This document shows, piece by piece, positions 54,816-64,000 of a DNA stretch of 64,000 bases; the stretch's first letter is position 1, and every line of letters starts with the position of its first letter. The notes beneath the pieces are model-generated. The model was not told the origin of the DNA. It saw only the letters and a program-made list of their open reading frames with translations, and searched no databases. The stretch is from NCBI RefSeq assembly GCF_009914755.1, contig NC_060936.1. One strand, given 5' to 3'. The translations under genes and the position numbers were made by a program. The DNA comes from the human T2T-CHM13v2.0 reference genome, Homo sapiens.

Positions 54816-55932
54816 CCACAAATCAATGTTTCTTCTATACCATATTTCCCCTCTACCCAATCCAATGACTGTTTTTGGATTTTACATTTTTCTTTTATTA
54901 TTTCCAATTTTGACCCGAAAACATATCATTTCATTTTCCAGACTATGTTGAAATGTATGACTTTAACAGATTTGAAGAGCATACTCAAGGGTTCAGCTGA
55001 TTTTTGGTAGATAATTATATCATTCTTTATTCATTCAACCTAGAAACTCATTTTTTTCTAAGAATGACCCCTGTTTTAGACAATCAAATTTACTTTTAAG
55101 CAAAAAACACAGAGTTTCTGGGTCATATGAATTATGTACAATTTAATTGAGATCCCATAGGAAAAAAAAAAAAACAGGAACACTAAAACCAAAATGTTAA
55201 TAGTAGATGCTTCTGAGGGTGAATTGTAAAAGCAGAGAAATTTCACATCTTTTAAAACTTTCATGTTAGTATAAAAGAATCTTTAAAGATCAGGTGTTAT
55301 GGTTAGTTTAAAAATCCATCAAAAAGAAAAGGCTTTGCTACTTACTGCAAAATAACATGATGCAAAGTTTTATGAAGATAAAGAAGAAAAATCCATATTA
55401 ATCTCAATAGATTTAGGGAAAAAACACACAAAATTAATCATTGTTGTTATAATTCTTAGAAAACCAGAAGTCTACATTATTGATGATTTTAAAAATACCT
55501 GGAAAATGGAAGTGTTCTTAATCTGAAAGTTGGGTTTTGCAGCTACCTCCATGGACCAGGTGCCCCATGATCTGTTTCTGAACTAAAATTTTCTTTTTAA
55601 AAATGTCAAATGGTTATGAAAGAACAAGAAGAAGAAGGAGGAGGTAGAAAAGAAGAGGTGAAGGAAGTGATAAAAGAGAAGAATATGTGATAGAAATTAC
55701 ATGTGGCCCACAAAGTCTAACATATTTGCTACCTGGCCCTTTATGGAAAAAAAAATTTGCTGACTTCTGTGATAAAAGGTATCTACAAATAATTACATCA
55801 AGTATTATACCTAGTAGTCAGATGCCAAAATCTGTCTTCAAGAATACAGAAATGGCTTAAGCCTCCTGCTATCACCACTTCAATTCAACATTACACTAAG
55901 GGCCGGGTCAGTAAACAAAGTAAGAAAAAATA

Positions 55933-56524
55933 TATCATTTTTTATGGCTGCATAGTATTTCATGGTGTTCATGTGCCACGTTTTCTTTATCCAGTCTATC
56001 ATGGACGGGCATTTGAGTAGGTTCTAAGTATTTGCTATTGTGAACAGTGCCGCAATAAACATGCACGTGCTTGTGTCTTTATAGTAGAATGATTTATAAT
56101 CCTTTGAGTATATACCCAGTAATGGGATTGGTGGATCAAATGGTATTTCTGGTTCTAGATCCTTGAGGAATCATCACACTGTCTTCCACAATGGACGTCC
56201 TTTGAAGGGACATGGATGAAGCTGGAAACCATCATTCTCAGCAAACTAACACAGGAACAGAAAACCAAACACAGCACGTTCTCACTCATAAGGGGGAGTT
56301 GAACAATGAGAACACATGGACACAGGGAGGGGAACATCACACACCAGGGCCTGTTGGGGGGTCAGGGGCTAAGGGAGGGAGAGCATTAGGAGAAATACCT
56401 AATGTAGATGACGGGTTGATGGGTGCAGCAAACCACCATGGCACATGTATACCTATGTAACAAACCTGCACATTCTGCACATGTATCCCAGAACTTAAAG
56501 TATAATTTAAAAAAAATTTTAAAA
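55933..56524 (+). mobile_element. L1PA7/8-like insertion with 5' inversion (twin priming): ~55933-56194 inverted, 56195-56524 sense
   Basis: The antisense and sense segments are nearly contiguous in the consensus (gccataaaaaatga..|..gtcctttg). TSD aagaaaaaata. Confidence 0.92.
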
Positions 56525-56556
56525 AAGAAAAAATAAAGTTTCTGTATTTTACAGAA

Positions 56557-56792
56557 ATATATGCATGCATGTGTGTATATTATACATATACATTTATGCT
56601 ATATAAAAATAATATATAAAAATATAAAAATAATATATACAAAATACATATTATATATAAAATTTTATAAAAATATTTTATATAATTAATATATAATTAT
56701 ATACAATTTATATATTATTTTATGTATAAAAATAATACAGCATGAATATGCGTATAAATATAAACATACATGCACACATGCATACAAATATA
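56557..56792. repeat. AT-rich (TA)n-like low-complexity tract
   Basis: Direct reading. Confidence 0.9.
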
Positions 56793-58703
56793 TGAAAAAT
56801 CTATAATAATCTATAGAAAAACTATTTGAATTAAAGAGTAAATTTGGCAAGTTTTCCAGTTACCAAATCAATGTAAAAAATCAATTGTTTTTTCATTTAA
56901 CAGCGTTTTATATTCTACAGCAACAATGTGTTATAAATGATTTTTCAATGCTATTTACAACATAACAAAAACAAATATCTAGGAACAAAACTAAAGGAAG
57001 ATATGCAAGACCTTCACAATAAAAATAGTTTAAAAATTACTCAGAGATTTTTTTAAAAATACATGAATGGATATAAAATATTCATAGCTTGGGACAATTG
57101 ATAGTGCAAATAAGTAAATGTCACCAAATTGATCTATAGAGTCAATGCACACCCAATCAAAACCTCAACAAAATTTTAAATCAGAATGTATGCACTGATT
57201 CTAAAATGTATATAGAATTGTAAAAGGACAAGAATAACAAAAACCATCTTGAAGATGTAGTACAGAGTTAGGAAAAATATTCCCAGATATCAAGACTTAG
57301 TTAATGTCATACTAATTAAGACCGTGTGATACAGGTGCGGAATGAGACAAATAAACCAATGAAACCAGGCAGAGAACCCAGACGCCTACTCACACATAAT
57401 GGCCACTCAGTTTATGATATTCTGTCAATGTAGAGAATTATGAAAAGGTGATTTTTAATGATAAACGGTAGAGTTTCCTAGATATTATACGAGAAAAATT
57501 AATTCCGTGCACAATAAATAAAAATAGTTGAATTGTGTAGATCTAAAGTGAATAACAAACCAATAAATGTTCTAGAAGTAAACATAAGATACTATCTTCA
57601 TGCCTTTGGGATATGCGAAGATATCTTAAACAAGATACAAAAAGCAGTAACAATAAAGTTAAATAATTACAAATTTGACAATGTTAGAATCTAAAGAGAA
57701 GTCATCAAGTTGGAACAAGTACTTTCAATATACATGTATTCATCAAATATCTCATATCCAAAACATATAAAGAATTCTAAAATCAACAAGAAAATGACAT
57801 AGAACACAATAAAAAAAAAGAAAGAAATGTGAATTGTCACTTCACAAAAAGTATCCAAAATGTCATATAAATACGTCCAAATGTGCATATCCTCATTAAT
57901 TACCAGGACAGTGAAAATTAAAGCCTCAATGAGCTATCATCACAAATTTTACTCGATGGCTAAAATTCAAAAGCTTGACAAGGTGATGTTTTCCTAAAGA
58001 TACTGAGCAAGTCTCACAGTCATAAACTGACAATAGGGATAAAATCTGTTTTGACTACTTTGGACAACTATTTTAGCAAGATCTCCTCAAGTTGAACGAA
58101 TATACACCCCATGGTCAAGCAATTTCAGTGTTTGGACTATACTCAACAAAACTACATGACCACCAAGACATATGCCAGGATACCCCTAGCAGCATTATTC
58201 AGGAGATCTGCACACTGAAAACAACTCAAGTGTCTCTCAACAACAGAATGGATAATACAAGTGAGTGGATTCACACAATGATACGCTATACATAATAAAG
58301 ATGAATGAATGAAGGTCACATCCAGCCACATGAAGGACTCTCCCAAATAAAATCTCCAGTATTGGACTCCACAAGGAAAATGGTTTATCCTCTGGAAATG
58401 ATGGCTATCTTTAAGGAGGACGAGGCCAGTGATCACAGGGGGCTGCTGTGGCGTGTTCTGGATGTTCCTAGATGTCTGTTTCCTGACCTTAGTGGTGATG
58501 ACATATGTGTGCCTCTGTCCACTTTGTGATAATTCAAGGCACGATGCACTAATGATCCCTGTGTATATGTGTGTTTATTGTTTTAAGTTTTTGAATACAC
58601 AGTGATCATCAGTGAATTACACTAGGTTCAAGCAAAAGCTTAAAAATGATAAACATATTATCCACCCCATAATGCTAAAATAGTATTAAAAATAATGGAA
58701 GGA

Positions 58704-59083
<380 letters not shown>

Positions 59084-59418
59084 TTATTTACTATGGAGTA
59101 ATATTCTTCTAAAATAAATGTGGAGGAAAAGGAGATTCAGATAAAATCTCATGAGTCAGGAACCACATTATTTTGAAGTGCTAGTGGCAACCGTATTCTT
59201 GTCTATGAAACCTGCATGGCTTCACTCTCCAGCCTATATTTTAATGGAACAGAGAAAATTAAAATGTATTATATATTTTACCATAAGCAGCGGTTATCTA
59301 TAATTATGATTATTAAATATATTCATTTTCTTGAGTGTTTGTCTCCTGAAATAATCAGATTCACAAAAATGATTCTGTTAAAGGACTACCCGATGTGTAG
59401 AAAACACATTTCGTTATT

Positions 59419-59512
59419 GATTCTGCAAAATGCAAATACATATTTGTTAAAATTCTGCAAAATGCAAAATGCAAATACGATTCTGCAAAATGCAGATACG
59501 TATTTGTTAAAA
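59419..59512. repeat. Imperfect tandem repeat (three related units) containing ATGCAAAT octamers
   Basis: gattctgcaaaatgca(a/g)atac(a/g)tatttgttaaaa twice, with a partial unit between. Confidence 0.9.
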
Positions 59513-60689
59513 GGTGGCATCCAATACATTGCTAAGGACTGACAAGCAGGGTTGCTCATCAGGACACTGAAGCAACGCGTCATGACCAGTGTGAGTGATG
59601 GGGTCTCTGCAGCTGAGCCACATGACTCAGGTCATTGAGCCTGTAAGGATATAAATTTTCCATTATCCTGGAGCAAAATTAGTCACAGCCATGCCCATTC
59701 TATTCTTTTGTATTGTAAAAGTTAGTTTAGTTATTGAAAAAAGAAAAAGATGACATTTATGGAAAAGATGACTCAGCATAAATATGAAATGTTTTTCTAA
59801 CAAGCTTTCACTTTTTCTAGAAAAAGAGACTTTTTCATTAGCCATAAGAAAGACACATATATCAGATATCTTAAGAATTTCATGCACAGCTGTTAAAAAT
59901 TAATTGCTACTAAGGGCGTTTAGTGCAGAGAATAGTAAACATGATCTATGCAAATAATTTCACATTATACATATAGATGGTTATTTTCATTTTCCATAAA
60001 CTATGAAAAATCACAATAAAAATGTCAAACTGTGGTAGGAAAAATTGGTGTTTGGGAAGCTGAGAGAGGGTGTTTATGCTTATCTTTATTAACTCATATA
60101 CCTGTTTATTGTCTAAGTTACTTTGCCTATAAGCTTTCATATTCTATTTGATTTCCCCAGACTGTAAGGCATTTCCTTGTGCTCGTATCAGCTTAATCAT
60201 ATCTTATGGAGTTCCATTCTTGACTTCATTCACCAATGTGCTTTGCAGCGATGGAGGTTTGGTAACAAGAATTCCTCCCCATCCATCAGCAGCCACCCAA
60301 AGACCTCCTTCTCCAGTCAACTGTTCCTCACTGTCCCATCTCAAAGGGAGTCCTCCTTATAACTGCTGTTAACACAGATCATTGCACTTGGCTTTATTCA
60401 TGCAGTGTAGGATAGAATGGAATTCTCAGACCAAACACTCACGCACTCTTCTCAACACATCCACATTAGAGAGGGTATGTTTGTATCCCCAGGAGCCCAC
60501 AGTCTACAATTTGTGCAATGCTGTCCTGGTTTGAGTGTCCACTCGATGCTGAAACCATTATGAATATCAACACTAATAAAACTGCTGAAATAGTTAGATG
60601 TGACTTTCTTTCAAAGCAGTCTGTTATATATACCTACTGTGTAGCCATGAAAATTAAAAATATTTTTTAAAAAGCAGCCACTTAGACTA

Positions 60690-61230
60690 TTCTAAATGCC
60701 TAAGAATATACTTGCAAAAGGAAAAGGCTAAGAGTTGAAGATACGTTCAAACTAACTAGGAAACTAAGAATGTAAAAGAGAGCAACATGATACCACTTTA
60801 TGCCCATCAGTTGGGGATACTGGGCAGGATGGATTAATTCCAACAGTTAGTAAGGACGTAACATAATGGGATCCTTGCCACTGCTGGGGGCAAAATAAAT
60901 CTGGCTCAGCCAGATTTCCAAAGAGCAAATTAGTGGAACCAGATTAAATTGTGAAAATAAATATATATATACATATATGTCCTTTCTCTGCAGTCCTGTT
61001 AGTGGTAAATAACCCAGGGTCATTATCACACTGGGCTGTGGGTAAACAACTGTGAGTGTTGGTGGGAAGATGGAAGCAACCGATTTCTCCATCAAGAAGG
61101 AATGGGTGTGGACATAGCCATAGGTGCTTACCATGGAATGCCATGTAGCAAATAGAAGTAACAAACATAATATACATGTGACCACATGGATGCATTACAT
61201 ATGACCACATAGGTACATTTTAAAAATAAA
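60690..61230 (+). mobile_element. Old L1ME fragment
   Basis: gataccactttatgcccatcag...tggaagcaacc...ccatcaagaaggaatgg. Confidence 0.55.
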
Positions 61231-61964
61231 ATACTGCGAAATCCAAGGTAAACTTCGAAGTACTGAGAAGACTAGAGATTTGAGCCAATCACATTTCTTC
61301 CTCTTTCTCTCTAGCAACAAACCACAGTCTTTGATAATTTTGAATCGGGAGTGTATATTTCTACCATATTAAAAAAGTTAGAATGAGAGTAGTTTCCATT
61401 TTCTCAATAACATAGTGGAAGGCTACAAAATAATAGATCAATGTATTAAAATTCAAATGAAGACTGATGTCCAGTTTAGTATTCAAATATATGTGGTGTT
61501 TAATCAAATATGGGTTAAGAATAAAGACGTTTTCTGACATCCAAAACTCAGAAAGAAATGTCACACACCCAATCCCCAGCATATAGTGCAGAAAGCACTT
61601 CACCAGACAGAGAAAGAGAGGACTCTGCCTACGGGAAACAGGGGATCCAGCCCCGGAGAGGCAGAGGGATGCCAGGGAGATGGTGAAGGGTGAGCCTGGG
61701 GAAGTGGTGCTCGGGCCTGAGGCACCCAGCCAGGCTGGGGCAGCTCAGCAGAGCAGGAGGCTCCTTCAGGAAGCAAAGGTGGACAGAATAATGGATCGTT
61801 CTGACCATGTGAGCAGTAAGCACAGATATCTAGGCAAATAAAAACCATAACAGTTATTAGCTCAAGGAAAAGCAGTAAAAGTCAAGAAAGCAAAAGGTGG
61901 TTCAGCTTAGGGCTTGTATGTTCATAAATATAACAGAATACTGATAGAAAAAAATGCATGTTAC

Positions 61965-62529
61965 AGGAACTCAAGGCAACACTACCATTCGACCCAATAA
62001 TCCCATTATTGGGTATATACCCAAAGGATGTAAATCATTCTACCATAAAAACACATATGCGCATATGTTCACCACCGCACTATTCACAATAGCAAAAACA
62101 TGGAATTAACCTAGATGCCCGTCAGCAGTAGACTGGATAAAGAAAATGTGGTACATATACACCATGGAATACCACACAGACATGAGAAACAAATGAGAGC
62201 ATGTCCTTTGCAGCAACAGGGATGGAGCTGGAGGCCATTACCCTAATTAGCAAACTAACTCAGGAATGGAAAACTCAATGCCACATGTTCTCCGTCCTAA
62301 GTGGGTGCAAAACATTGAATACACATCGACAGGAAGGAGGGAACAATAGACACTTGTGCCTACCTGAAGGCGAAGGGAGGATGGTGAGGATCAAAAAACT
62401 ACCTATCGGGTACTATGCTTATCACCTGGGTGATGAAATAATCTGTACAGCAAATCCCCATAACATGCAACTTACCTAATAACAAGCCTGCACATGTACC
62501 CCTGAACCTAAAATAAAAGTTAAAAAAAA
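61965..62529 (+). mobile_element. L1PA16/L1PB-like 3' end
   Basis: ctaccattcgaccca...ctacctatcgggtactatgcttat...ctgaacctaaaataaaagttaaaaa. Confidence 0.92.
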
Positions 62530-62926
62530 GTAAGTTAGAAACACTGTGGAAATGAGGGATGGGAGGGGTGCACACAGAGATGAGGGAGGTGAAAGAAAGC
62601 TTAAGGCACATCACCAATATTAAGACTATGAGAGATTATGGCAGAAGCTAGTAAATAAAAACAGTAATAAGAAAGACATGCTGTTTAGCTATTTGAAGAT
62701 AAATACCGAAACTCAGCTAGATGTGTTGAAAACAGCTCTGGGAAACGAATAATGGGAGGAGTGGATGAACAGAATTTGCTCCTTTTTGTGATATGTTTTA
62801 CAGATCTATAGACCTGTTGATTTTTCAAAATGTGAAAAGTGATAACTTTGATACAACTAAGAACAACGCAAAACAAATTTAAAAATAAGAAGAGTGTCAA
62901 ATAGAGAGTTCAATATGTGACTTGAA

Positions 62927-63012
62927 ACACACACACACACCCAGACACGCACACACCCCCATGCACACACACATACCCATGCACACACACATACCCATGC
63001 ACGCACACACCA
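62927..63012. repeat. CA-rich compound repeat
   Basis: Direct reading. Confidence 0.85.
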
Positions 63013-63369
63013 ACGCTGCAGACTTTATAAGGATGTTTGTTCTGTTCAAGTTATAGCCAGCACCTGTGCCTTAGAAGATGGCGGGAGGAAGAATCTAGGA
63101 TGGGGGAGGAAAAGGAAACGCATGAATAGCACAGATTCCTACAGATCATGGGATAGATTGCACCATTAGATGAGAAGTGTGATTAAGTATTTGCACCTGA
63201 GCCCAACTCGCTCCCAAATAAAAGACAGAAAGGAAAAGATAGCCACTAAAATAGAAATAAAACTTAAAAACACTGTAGAAAATGGCAGAGCTTCTGAGAA
63301 ATGCTGAAGACTGCCCTCTCGCACCCCAGCAGATCCTGATTTGAGAAGCCCTGGCCTAAGAGGTAGCAA

Positions 63370-63510
63370 CAGGGATTTCAACTGGGATTTAAATCCTTGG
63401 CCTGTCGCACATTGTCAGGTGACATTGGATGCCTGTTGGAGCCTTGGTTTGCTCATCTGTAAATAAGACCTACCTCCCAGGATTGTTTTAAGAGTTAAAG
63501 GGGATAACAC
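63370..63510 (+). mobile_element. MIR
   Basis: ctgggatttaaatcc...ggtttgctcatctgtaaa...cctacctcccaggattgtt. Confidence 0.75.
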
Positions 63511-63511
63511 A

Positions 63512-63745
63512 ATAGATGGGCCTTGGGGACATTATGCTAAGTGAAAGAAGTCAGTCACAAAAAGACAGATACCACAGGATTCCAAATAGAAGGTAGCTAG
63601 TGCAATCACACTCACAGACAGAGAGGAGGCACAGATTTTCAGTTTTGCAAGCTGACAAAGTTCTGAAAGTTTGTTGCACAGTGATGTGAATGTTGCTACT
63701 ATGGAGCTGTATACTTCAAAATGGTTACGACGGTAACTTTCATAT
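63512..63745 (+). mobile_element. L1MB 3' fragment
   Basis: gacattatgctaagtgaaagaagtcagtcacaaaa...ctgtatacttcaaaatggtta. Confidence 0.8.
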
Positions 63746-63748
63746 GTA

Positions 63749-63802
63749 TCAGGAATATGGGGAATATGATAGATTTCAGGAATATGGAGAATATGATAGA
63801 TT
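63749..63802. repeat. 27-bp tandem duplication (1 mismatch)
   Basis: tcaggaatatgg(g/a)gaatatgatagatt x2. Confidence 0.92.
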
Positions 63803-63932
63803 TTTATGTCTAAAATGAAAAAAGAGATATATATTCTGTTTAAATATTTGGAAGTATATGTTATGTGTTTTGTTACTACAATTATTATCATTATTAATAT
63901 TTTAATTTTAAAAAGAGAGAATACACAGAATT

Positions 63933-64000
63933 GGCCAGGTGCGGTGGCTCACACCTATTATAATCCCAGCAGTTTGGGTGGCCGAGATAGGTGGGTCACC
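63933..64000 (+). mobile_element. Alu 5' end, truncated by window end
   Basis: ggccaggtgcggtggctcacacct...taatcccagc. Confidence 0.9.

Larger units (their letters stand above)
55340..58570 (+). mobile_element. Old L1M (MD/ME) ORF2-3' region, fragmented
   Basis: Degenerate ORF2 motifs (atctcaatagat, caaattgatctatagagtcaatgca, ccagatatcaagactt). Interrupted by a MER58-like piece, an L1PA and an AT-rich tract. Confidence 0.7.

Noticed and set aside
59419-59512. Repeat-spacer (CRISPR-like) interpretation of the short repeats here and at 721-808
   Set aside because: Primate DNA, adjacent tandem units without unique spacers, and no cas genes.

Overview
Non-coding primate genomic DNA, human-like (AluY, LTR12 and L1PA elements imply a catarrhine genome), dominated by interspersed repeats. 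It contains 17 Alu copies or fragments, many L1 fragments (two clear twin-priming inversions), L2/MIR relics, hAT DNA transposon relics, MaLR elements (MLT1 LTRs, one full-length THE1 with both LTRs, two THE1 solo LTRs), and ERV solo LTRs (LTR8 x2, MER72/LOR1-like, MER67, MER66-like, LTR16A, LTR22, LTR12C). I found no credible protein-coding gene: the supplied ORFs are chance frames or read through Alu, L1, LTR or microsatellite sequence. I cannot support a new biological system here. The most notable items are a 5'-truncated Y3 RNA retrocopy, an intact CpG-rich LTR12C nested in a THE1 LTR (candidate cryptic promoter), a THE1 fragment captured with several fold-back palindromes, local non-tandem duplications, a near-perfect hairpin in apparently unique sequence, and two dense transcription-factor motif clusters. 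Repeat family names come from my recall of consensus sequences, not from a RepeatMasker run. Boundaries without a target-site duplication (TSD) are approximate.
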